64,000 bases of DNA from Hormiphora californensis (taxonomy: Eukaryota; Animalia; Ctenophora), in the NCBI GenBank assembly GCA_020137815.1, contig CM035352.1:992001-1056000 (forward strand), read 5' to 3'. The notes below the pieces were generated by a model that was not told the origin of the DNA, searched no databases, and saw only the letters and a program-made list of their open reading frames with translations. Below, piece after piece: positions 33,238-43,800 of this stretch (within the stretch, counting starts at the first letter, position 1; every line of letters starts with the position of its first letter). Both the position numbers and the translations under genes were made by a program.

Positions 33238-33400
33238 AGGTAAGGATGACAAAGGAGAAAGTTACCTATTGAAGAGTAACAGATGTAGCTGAGGCAGGGA
33301 ACCAGAGTTTGTTGTGTAATCAATTGTATCACTGAAGGAAGAGCAGAATGTTAGACACATGATAGAAGCAAGAGTTTCAGAATCTATTAACTGATATATA

Positions 33401-33460
33401 TCAGACTCATTAAATCAGTTAATTTGCCTTCATGGTAAATAAGGATTAAGAGATCATCCT
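33401..33460 (-). ncRNA. C/D snoRNA snR51/SNORD57-like (18S Am100)
   Basis: tcag-aCTCATTAAATCAGTTA; D+5 = A100. Confidence 0.88.
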
Positions 33461-33609
33461 GTATTAGGGTATTCAATTAGAAAAGAAATTAAACTTACCA
33501 TAGCGCGAGGAGTTTTTGCTGAGTAGGCTGATTCTTGAGAACCTGAGAATAGGAATTTGTGTTATTAGGGCTATTAGGTGAACGTAGAAAGATGTCAATT
33601 TTGTTTGTA

Positions 33610-33676
33610 TCAGAACGTGTTGCTGGCATCAATAATATCAGACGGCAATTCCTATCAAAGATTTGTAACTCATCAC
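33610..33676 (-). ncRNA. C/D snoRNA, divergent snR77-like
   Basis: tcag-aCGGcAATTCC plus CAAAGATT element; four boxes. Confidence 0.7.
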
Positions 33677-33832
33677 CGAAATAGAGAATGGGACAGGCCA
33701 GGTGTTAACATACCTTGATCAGAGACAGGGGCGAGTTTTTGGTGGTTCCAGGAATTCCCTTCTCCTGTGAATAAAGATTTGGTTAGCAGTGTAATGGGAT
33801 TCAGTTGGCATTTAATTTGAAACTTAATGTGA

Positions 33833-33902
33833 TCAGATAGGAGCGAAAGAATTGCTTGAGTTCTACAGTGCATAGTATTCAGTTGAACTATGGTCTCATC
33901 AT
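33833..33902 (-). ncRNA. snR60/SNORD80-like double guide (25S Gm908 and Am817)
   Basis: tcag-ATAGGaGCGAAAGA and tcag-tTGAACTATG; both obey D+5. Confidence 0.93.
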
Positions 33903-34066
33903 AAAAATATTCCCACCATAATACAGAATTCAAATTCTTACCTTGTAGCAATTGAATTAGTAAAGGAGTAGTCAAAGAGAAGTAGAAACACAGGGTATAT
34001 TGCCTGAAAAGGGGAAGGGTATTAGCAACTGGTTAGCCATCTATCACGATTTAATTCAAATAAGAA

Positions 34067-34136
34067 TCAGATAGGAGCGAAAGAATTGCTTGAGTTCTAC
34101 AGTGCATAGTATTCAGTTGAACTATGGTCTCATCAG
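34067..34136 (-). ncRNA. snR60-like, second copy
   Basis: Identical core. Confidence 0.93.
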
Positions 34137-34533
34137 TGTAGAATTACTGAGAGCTAATTCAAAGAATTTCTCACCTGATATGAGCACCAACAGATCCAGT
34201 CAAGCTATCTCATCATCAACACCAGTGGTATATCTTCACCACCTGAGGGGGTTGAATTTGGAAGGGGTGCACGGGGCGTAATGACATGGGAGCCAGCACA
34301 CACGTTAAACAACACTACGTTACTGTTCCTACGCTTTGTTACTAAGGCAATGATAAACACTGCCCCGTCTTCGAGTGGCAGGGAGAGAAGCAAGGCTGGG
34401 TAACTTACCATGTTGAGACTGAGATTGATGGCATAGAGGTCGAAAAGGGAACCACGCACTGCAGAACTGAGGCGAAAGGACGGTTAGAAATCTAGTCAAT
34501 TTATGGCAAAATACTAGTTGAAGGTGTTAAATA

Positions 34534-34588
34534 TCAGAAAGATGTATCTCCACTAAGATTCAGATATATGCTTGTCTAGGTTCATCAT
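34534..34588 (-). ncRNA. U27/snR74-like (18S Am28)
   Basis: tcag-atATATGCTTGTCT; D'+5 = A28. Confidence 0.9.
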
Positions 34589-34774
34589 TTTAACAGGCAG
34601 GGGATTATAATAAGACTTAACTAGCTTACCTTCAAGAAGAAGTGAAGAAGAAAGGAAAGATCACCATATATATGTACAGTCGAACCACGATTCACCATAA
34701 GAGTACGCCTGGAGTTGGATAGTGGTTAGATTTGGGTATTCAAAAAGCTAGAAATAGCAAGATCTGGTATAACA

Positions 34775-34830
34775 TCAGAACAGGAATTAATCACAGGGAT
34801 TCATTACAGGTCTCCAAAAAGTATCATCAC
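34775..34830 (-). ncRNA. C/D snoRNA complementary to 28S CAGGUCUCCAA
   Basis: 11-nt match beside box C; four boxes. Confidence 0.8.
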
Positions 34831-35250
34831 TTGAAATATTAGCCGACTAGGGATCTAGACACTAAGAAACTTACATCAAATTGACAAAGAGATGATCCTC
34901 TACATAGCGGATAGTAGTAAATAGAGTTATTATCATATCACCTGATGGGAGGAAAGAAGGGTGTAGTGACCGTAATGACTGACTAACTAAATAGAGGCAG
35001 GCCAGTAAAGTGAAGGTCACGATAATCTCGCCCCATTTCTACACCGCAATGGCCTGGAAAATAGGGCCAAGGTAGCTCTAACTGGGGCATTACAGGGATT
35101 TATTTAGGAGTAGTACTTACCATCGTTTCAAGACGAAGTGGGACGGTTAGTAAACACAACTCTGTACAATTCGGATATCTCTGAAAGAAAGGGAGTGTGT
35201 TAGAAGGGGTCAAAAGCCAATGAGTATGGTACTTAATGCTGCTTAAGGGT

Positions 35251-35309
35251 TCAGAATAGCGTATATGGACGTAGACATGGTGGAATTACTTGCGACATTG
35301 TGTCCTCAT
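35251..35309 (-). ncRNA. U54-like (human 18S Gm644)
   Basis: tcag-AATAGCGTATAT; D+5 = G. Confidence 0.87.
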
Positions 35310-35441
35310 AACCCTTAACAATGTTGGAAGATAGGGGTTAGGTACTTACAGGGGCTGTAGGTGATCCAGAGGGTGAGGCATCACATCAGATAATTGATCC
35401 ATTCTCTTGTGTTGAGAACCAGCTCTGTAGAAGGGGAAAGG

Positions 35442-35575
35442 GGGTGTTAGGCTTTGCAGACGCTTACAAACTACAAAAAGCTAGCAAGTCTTAATGGGCC
35501 TATGATGTTCTATTCCACAAGTAAATAAGCACGGGAGACGCAACAGTCTGCACCGTGCACTCAACTATGTGGTAC
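35442..35575 (-). ncRNA. Box H/ACA snoRNA candidate in the first intron
   Basis: Hairpin CCACA...TGTGG, hinge AGAACA, hairpin TAGGC...GCCTA, then ACA; the ACA overlaps the branch-point region. Confidence 0.5.
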
Positions 35576-35769
35576 TAGCTAACTACTAAGTTAACCCTAT
35601 CTAAGTTATTTGGATTGAAATTATTATATTGACTTACCAATATCAAGCAAGAGTTTGGCGATACCAGGTGGTGTTTGGCAGACGATCAACAGATTTCAAG
35701 GAACAACGATGAGAACTGAATTGAGAGAGGGAGAGTGAGTTGGGATAGAGAGCGTGAGAGCTCACGCAG

Positions 35770-35970
35770 GGGAAATTGTGGACAACTTTTGAGCTGCGTG
35801 AGTGTGCTTTCCGAATGCTGCGTCGTTGTGGTTTACCAACTAGCGCGCGGGCACTGTGCTAGTCCTTTGTGCGCAGTTGTGGACAACTTTTGAGAGGGAA
35901 AATGTGGACAACTTTTGAAGTAGGGAAATTGTGGACAATATTTGAAGTAGGGAAATTGTGGACAATATTT
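35770..35970 (-). promoter_or_regulatory. Putative promoter of the snoRNA host with 5 copies of (GGAAAT)TGTGGACAA
   Basis: Repeats near 35771, 35876, 35898, 35923 and 35951, just upstream of the first exon. Confidence 0.5.
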
Positions 35971-36595
35971 GAGGATGGGTGGGAGATGGGGTGATGGTCG
36001 GGAAAATGGGAATATCAGGTTAATACGGTTAACTTACTTTAACGTTTAACTCTAGGTAGATAAATACACAGGATTTAGGAGGCGAATAGTTGGACAAGCT
36101 GGGGTATAGGTAGCTGGAAACTAACATTTACCAATTTAACCCATATAACGTTACCGGGTAGGATAGTTAGAATATTGTTAGAATTCGTCTGATCTGCTAA
36201 CTATAACTGAGAGAAGCTGGGTCTATCTGTTAATATTAAAGTGGTTAAGTTAAAATATATTGTCATCATTTAACAAAATCGTTATTTAATAAAGTTAAAT
36301 ACTTTATTTTATGGATTTATCTCAAATTAAAACAGCTAATTAAAATTGTTGTAAATTAAATATTGTGTACAGAAATAAAGTGTAAGTGATGACACAAGAA
36401 AATAGTTTTAAAACGCTGTTTTACAGTCTATAATAATACTTGCACACTCGCACACAGACAGACACACGGACAGCCTCTAGCTGTGGCAATTATTTAGTAA
36501 GATAGTGTTCAAATAAACGTAAATAACACACCGGGATATATTTTAAGGTGATATGAGAGGGAGGGTGGTAATCAATATCACCCACCTTGTCTTGT

Positions 36596-38438
36596 TTAGT
36601 ATGGTTTATAGTTTGCTGAACTTCTCGAGCTGTGAGATGAGCTATAGCTAGCTTTCTGTGCAGCGCCGTACGTGCTGGCTGATTGACCACCGTATTGTCC
36701 CGCCTGCTGCAGAGAGAGAGGTGTGATACAAAATACTTTTAGGGTTTAGGACAGCTGATACAAATAAAACTACAGAAGACAAATCAAAGCTCATTCTATT
36801 ATAGCTCAAGGACAAATCAAAACAATTATCTAACCTGTGGGTAGTGAGATGCGGGTGGGGGAGGGTAGGAAGCAGCTGGGGGAGGGTAACCAGGGTAGGC
36901 AGGATAGGATGGTGCTGCGGCGGCAGGTGGATATCCGGGGTAGCTAGGTGGATATCCGGGGTAACCAGGAGGCGCAGCTGCAGCTGCTCCACCAGTCGAA
37001 CCAGCGGCAGCAGGGGCAGTGGCGGGAGGAGCTGGGGAGGTAGTTATATAGTGGTTAGATGGGCAGTGAAATAGTAGCCAGTCAATGGAAGAGAAGCAGT
37101 CAAACTTGCCAGTTAACAGCACAAAACCTCAGAGCGATATTTGAGCCACACACAACACGAGACAATATCACAAGACTCTGATTTCAAAAGACACACTCAC
37201 CTCCGTATCCGGGGTAGTGAGGTGGATATCCAGGGGGCGGGTAGTGTGGAGGTCCGTATGCAGCAGGGGGTCCATATCCAGGATGGGGTGGATATCCACC
37301 TTGCTGAGGGTGCTGGTTGTACACACTCGGGTTGCCACTGTTGTTCTGGTGGTGGTTGTTGTTTTGTTTGTTGTTGCCAGAGTTGTTATCTGCGTTTGAG
37401 GCTTTCTTGCACTCTATCTTCTTGCCTTTAAACTCGATGTGCTGAGGGATGGGAAGAGATGGTTAGATTTGGGTTAGCACTGCCTCTAGTGTGGCCTCTC
37501 TGGCCCTTTTAATTAAAATGAAGGGTTTCTGAGAAGTATGCTTGCTCGAACCTCTCTTACTTCGTCCGAACATATCATCTCACCTTCAATATGATCAGCT
37601 TGTCCACAGAGTCATGATTCTCAAAGGTAACAAACCCGAACCCTCGACCCCTCCCCGTCGCCTGATCCCTCTTGAACTGGCACTGAGACACAGGACCGTA
37701 AGTCTCAAAGAATCTCTTGATCTCACCCTCATCAGTTTCTGGCAGACCCCCAACAAAGATCTTGGTACACTTGTCCTGGGACTGGTCCTTTGGTACTGCC
37801 CTCTTGACATCCACCTGGTTGAGGGGGAGGGGTGAGGAACATAAAGAAATGAAAAAGGGAATGATTGAGATAAAGGAAAGGGCGGGAGAAAGGGGGGATA
37901 GTGAGAAAGATGAAGGGGGCTATTCGGGATAGAAACAATTTCAGGTAGTTTCAGAGAAATGGGGATAAAACGATGAATCTTTGAATGTGAAATGATCTCA
38001 CTTACATCTTTTCCGTTGACATGGTGAGGTTTCTCTGCAATTGTTTTATCGACAGCTTCAGAGTCCTTGAAAGTTATGAAAGCGAACCCTTTGCTAATCT
38101 TGGTCTCCCTATTCCGAACATGTACCAACTCCTGAGAGATGGGGGGAGGGACATATTTAACAAAAACATGGACGGGGTTGGGTATTCGAAGGGGGAGGGA
38201 CATGACTTGCCTTGTTCGAACCTCTCGAATGGGTTTGAAAAAAAAACAAGACAGGACAGCAGCTACGCTCTAGCACATTGGATGATTCATGATACAGCTA
38301 TTAACATCTCCCCAGTTCTCTCACCTCTATCTCTCCGAACTGTGAGAAGTGATCTCTGAATTGTTCATCCTGTGTATCAGGTTTAACTCCACCAATAAAG
38401 ATCTTCCGCAGAATCAACTCTCTGTCCTGGTTAGCCAT
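36596..38438 (-). CDS. Two-RRM hnRNP A/B/D (DAZAP1/Musashi-related) protein with a Pro/Tyr/Gly-rich tail
   Basis: KIFIGG...SKGFAFITF; VDVKRAVP; KIFVGGL...GRGFGFVTF; C-terminus ANYKPY*. Confidence 0.9.
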
Positions 38439-38992
38439 GTTCTACACTACTGTTAGGGCATGAGTGTTTAGTGATAGGGGTATCATACATCATATTTCAA
38501 TCAGTCCAAAAACATAGTGACTCATTTTATTCGGTAGATCAAACAGGCAGCAGATATCTGACAGTCCACAAACAGACAGATTTACAAAGAGAGGACAGAA
38601 GAAAAGTGAATGGTTAGATCTCTCTAATTGGGGTGATTGGGAGGTCTGATTAGGTCACTAATTAGACAGGAAGTTATATAATTGCATGTCAACCAATGGG
38701 AGGGAGAAACACGAACTGAGAAACATGAAACCGACTACGATAACCTCAGACATGTGACAGAGATAAAACAGAAGAACAGTATTGACACCTGAATCTCCTT
38801 TTCGTTGGAAATCCAAGAAGGGTCAACTTCACACCAAAGGCGTGTCGGTATCATGGGGTGTGAACACTGAACACTGAACATAGAACATCACATTTGACGA
38901 CTACCGCACTAAACCGGAGTTAGGGGTACAAAATAAAACACGTTATATTTTTTTCAATAAGGTTAAAAAAGCTCAAAATGAATCATCCCTTC

Positions 38993-40191
38993 TTAAAACT
39001 GCATTTCATGGGGGAACTGTCCTTTCGTCAGTGTGAACCGGCTCCTCAGGTAGCTCTGGAGCATGTCGACTTTCTTAACGGCGGGCACCACAAGGGCATC
39101 AATTTCCTTCTGGAGAGCAACTTTCTCGGCAGAGATCTTGTAGCTCTGAGGAAGGAACAGGGTTAGGGAAATGAAGGGATAGAGAAACAGAGGGAGGAAC
39201 ACGGGTTAGTGATACAGAGGGGAACAGAAAAGGTTTTATAAACTAGGGGTAAACTGATGTTCAAAGAAACAGGTCAGGTTTATGGGAGGGAAGTTAACAA
39301 ACTGGGGGTAAACTGATGTTCCAAGGTATTGAAGGGAAGTTAACTCACGTTATCTCCGGCGTTGTCCACGAACATTTCTTTCTCGTTCTTTGTGGGTTTT
39401 CCCTTCCTCTTGAAGATCTCGTCTCCAATGGCGGGGAGGGCAGGCAGCTCCACCTTGGTAGAGGTGGCAATAACGTAGGTCTGGTCAACACGACGTAGGG
39501 GGACTCCGTTAATCTTGTAGGGTCCTAGGAGGGGTCTGTTATTAGAGGGGAGGTGTAGCGGTCACTTGCGGCCAATGTTGGATGGGAACCAACTCGCCAG
39601 ATAGGGGGTGAATAGTGGATAATGAAAGTGAATGAAAAGAAAAGAGTAACAGAATAACAGAGAACAACAAAGAGAATATCTTGCCTGTGACTAGGAGAAG
39701 ACCAGATGGGAGCTGTTTCAGAACGACAACCCTCTTGCCTCGGTGAGATCCAGCCAGCAGAATGACAACAGATCCGGGAACAATGGTAGTCCTCAGCTTG
39801 GTGGGCTTGATGACACGCCTATTCTTCAGGGGAGTCTTGCTATCCTCAGTAGGGTAGAATCGGGGCTGTGGGGAGAGAAGATGGGTCAGCTGTGATCTGG
39901 AGATCAATGTATCTTGGAGATCAAATATTATATTACAATGTTAGATATTTAATCTGTGATTGAGATGGAGATGTATAAATGTCAACTTACAGATTTCTGG
40001 ACGGCGACAACCCTGGTTCCTCCGTTCTTCTCTCCGGCAACAGTCTTGGTCTTGGTCAGAGCAGCCTCCTTGACAGCAGGGACAGTGGCGACCTTCTTCC
40101 TCTTGTAAAGAGCCCTCTTCTTGTAGACAGCGGATCGGCTGAGCTTGGGGACGCCACCGGGCAGGGTACTGTTTCGGGAAGTATGAGCCAT
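38993..40191 (-). CDS. RPL6: 60S ribosomal protein L6 (eL6), multi-exon
   Basis: [15 protein letters not shown]; PRFYPTED; [38 protein letters not shown]|[12 protein letters not shown]; GQFPHEMQF*. Confidence 0.97.
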
Positions 40192-40891
40192 TTCTAGTTG
40201 AAAGGGAGGTTTAAATATTCAGACATGTGAAAGTAAGAAGCACCCTGCTGTAAGAGGATCAGCAAGCAAGATGAAAGATAAGAAAGAAAAGGCGGACGGG
40301 GTGAAAACTAGGTAGATGGGATCGCGAAAACGACCTTTGATTGATATATTAAATTATACTGGATAAGAAACGAAGTTTGTAGGATTGTTCAACTCAGGAT
40401 GTACCCTTGGAACCGACAATCGTGATGTGACCCGCCACCCGTGAGCCTCTACCGCACGCGGGAGCGTGAACGTTTGGTTTAGAAAAAAGGTCAGACCTGG
40501 AAATTTTGGAATTTTGAAGCAGATTTCTCCCCGCGCGCAAATAGAAACACGAAATGCAGCGTTGTTTGTGATAATTTTCGCCGCGGCCGTAAAACTTTTA
40601 TTATTGCAGCGTAAAATGAATTATTTTCAGATGTTCTGATTTTTTGTCGCTCCGACTCGCAAATTTTTCCATCTCCGCGCCCGTTTTTTTAACGTCGTTC
40701 CGTGCTTTCCTATTTCTTGATTCTTCTTGCCCACTGTGGACGGCTCGACCTCAGTAGAGCTATGTTTAGGAGCTTGGTCGAACAAATCTCAACCTTCAGA
40801 CTGCTTCACAGTGATTTGATTAGATTCAAAGCAATTAGTAAGCTAGTAGCCATCTCCTAGGTTCACTAACTCCCCGTTAGAAGTAATGTAG

Positions 40892-43800
40892 ATGTCCGCT
40901 ACGGCTATGGGAAAGGATCACTTTGACGAGGACGAGGCGGAGTTTCAGAAACTTCATGAAACTTCAACTTGCTTTGTCATCATTGGCAAACCCGGCTCGG
41001 GAAAATCATCACTCGCCCGCAATCTTGCTCACTACTGGAAATCGAAACTTGTCACCCGTGAGTTGCTAGATCAACATTTATCATTGGTTTCTAACAAATG
41101 AAAATGAACATATTTATCTCACAGCGGAATCTGCAATTGAATGGATCTTAAAGCAAGACAATGAGTTATCTTCTGAAGTTCAAGAAAGGTTGGCTCACGG
41201 ACAAGCCATCTCAGAGTCACTAACTCTCAAAATAGTGAACCAGCGAGTGTCTGCTTTGGATATCAAACATCACGGTACACTATTTTACATCCAATAGTGA
41301 TAAGTGAACTGTTGATCATATTTTATTCTGACCTTGTTTTTATTCAGGTTATGTTTTGGACGGTCTACCCACTCTGGAGTCGGAATTCATGACCACTGAA
41401 GAGCAACTGAGTGTCATCAAAAACTTTGACCTTGCTCCTGAGTTTATCATCAATATCAAGATCAGTGACGCCGATTTGATTGAAAGGCGATCAAAGCAGC
41501 TCTTGTTCCCTCAGACAAACACCCTCCATGCCCCGGAGAACATCCAACCAGCTCCTGCAGATGACGAGGAAGAGGAAGGAGAGGAGGAGGAAGAAGAGGA
41601 AGAGGGTGAGGAAGGAGAAGATGTTGATCCTGATGCAATTCCTGAGATGATCTATGAGCTAGTGGACCCCCAAGTTCCAGCTGGAGCTCTGGATTTAATG
41701 ATCAGGCGCCCTGAAGATGAGCCTGACGCAGTCCAAACTGAGATCGATAGTTACATGCGTAATGTTCTGCCGTCCCTTGAGGATTACATAATTGGGCACG
41801 ATCGGCAGAAGGTTATCGAGTTGAATGGGTTATTGGGAAAGAAGGAACTACTCAATATGTTGATGAACAAGTTGGCCACATATTGTGCCTACTGTGCCAC
41901 CCAACCTATTCCCTTGTACCCTGAGGACGGAGAGGATGCTGACGACTTGGAGGCAGATGATCTCCTAAAGGCTCTTGTCAAGAGAGACACAGGTGGGGGC
42001 TCGATTCACCTGGAGGAAAAGCAGATGGGAGGCGAACGATCCTGTAGCAGTTACAACAAGGATCGATTACCCAGGGAAAGTTCCAGTTCTCGGTGAGCTA
42101 TCTTGGAAAAATCTACTGCATGTCGAGCGAGGAAAATCTACAAAAGTTCTTAGAAAATCCTCGACCATACCTGCTGCCACCGCAACCCCGGATTCCTGCC
42201 TAAGATTTGTGTCATTGGACCTCCATCTGCTGGTAGGTACCCAAATACACTTTCTCATAACCACTTGTTGTTCCTTGACCCTTGATTGGTTTTAACTAAC
42301 CCCCTTCTCTCTCTCCTCTAGGCAAGAGTTCTCTCTGCAAGATGTTGTGTGAGCATTACAGTGCTGCCCTTCTTGATATGAATGTGCTGGCTAGTGAGGT
42401 CAGGGAGACTGAACAGCAGAAGCACGTGGACCAAGTAAGGGATGATGCTAAGGTGACATTCCTCAACCAGATCAGGGAACAGATCCAGGGAGCTGCACAG
42501 GCTGTTATTGAGAGTAAGTTATGGAGGGACTACGACCTGTATACAGTTTAAATAAGGAACATTTGGTTATCAATTTAGTTATACACGGTATTCTTATCAG
42601 GTCGTGCTAGAAGAGCGATGCTGGCTGCTGAGCTTGCTGAGGAGAATGAGCTTGCAGAGGGGGAGGGAACACCGGCAGCTGAACCTCCTGCTGATAATGG
42701 TGATGAGGGGGAGTCTGAGAAGACCACCACGGATGCAGAGAAATCACAACTTGATACCGAGGAGCTGGAGAGGGAGAACGATTTGATTGAGAAGTTTGGG
42801 TTCACCTTTGATGATGAGGGTCAAATTATTGTACCTGAGGTAAATTGGAAATCATTGATCGCAAATCGAGGGACCTGTCTTTCTCTCTTTTTTCGCATCT
42901 TTCTCTCTCTACTTATGAATTCCAATGAACTCATCACTTCACTCCCTTTCTATCAGATCACTGAGGAGCACCCTCTGGTTCGGGAACAGGTTGAGAAAGT
43001 TACCCTGGAGGCCCGAAACCACGAGGTCGATATCAACCCTGAGATGTATTGTAGTGTCCTAGAAGAGGCTATCCGGGGTGTTGTCACCAGTCACCAGATG
43101 GAGGGAGTGCCCGAGTTTGGGGGATGGATCCTGGATAACTTCCCTCTGACTCGTGATCAGTGGACCATGATGACGGAGAGAGCTGATAAGCTGCTAACTC
43201 CGGACTCCTTTGTGATGCTGAATGATCCCAGTCCTGAGAATGGGGTACTCCTGAGAAGATGGGCCAGTCAACAGAAGCCCCCTGTAAGAACATGGATAGA
43301 TAAGAAGTAATATTTCAGCTTATTGTATCTCGTACAATTTGTTAAAACTAATTTCCCCTCCTAGATTTCCCTCACGGAAGCCCAAATTAAGGCAGTAGAG
43401 AAGAAGAAAGCCAAGCCTCCAGGCGAGGGTAAGAGCGGTGACGGGCTTGGTACGGTAGAAGAGGAGGAGCCTGAGGACAGCGAGGATAGCGTCCCTAAAT
43501 CTGTAGAGCAGCGGGTCATCAACAGGAAGAACTTCGACCGGGAGAAGCCTCAACTGGAAGCGATAATAAAACAGAGTGATGTTGAGTTCCTAACAATCAA
43601 CTGTGGGAGCTCAGATTTGGAGAGTATGAAGAGTGAGGCTGTTGTGAAGCTAGATGCTCTCTTCAGGTGAGATATAATGATAAATTTTTCAAAAAAACTC
43701 AATATTAAGTTGATTAAATTGTCAAATTAGTCAAACTGGGGCAAATTACAAATATGGTCCACTCTCTGGGGCAAAGTGGTCCACCCTGGGTAACTCATAT

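Larger units (their letters stand above)
24440..35720 (-). ncRNA. Non-coding snoRNA host gene: ~46 short exons, ~45 introns, one snoRNA per intron
   Basis: Regular ~230-260-bp period of donor (GTAAGT/GTGAGT), box C...box D, branch CTAAC and acceptor CAG on the minus strand. No coherent protein ORF. The ends are approximate. Confidence 0.93.

Noticed and set aside
24440-35720. Fragmented rRNA pseudogene, or a micro-exon protein gene
   Set aside because: The rRNA matches are only 9-16 nt, out of rRNA order and always next to box D/D'. The exons show no consistent frame or protein motif, and the short ORF-track hits cross intron boundaries.
41975-42100. Programmed frameshift or pseudogenisation of AK9
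   Set aside because: A single frame break in an otherwise intact gene within an error-prone assembly is most simply a consensus indel
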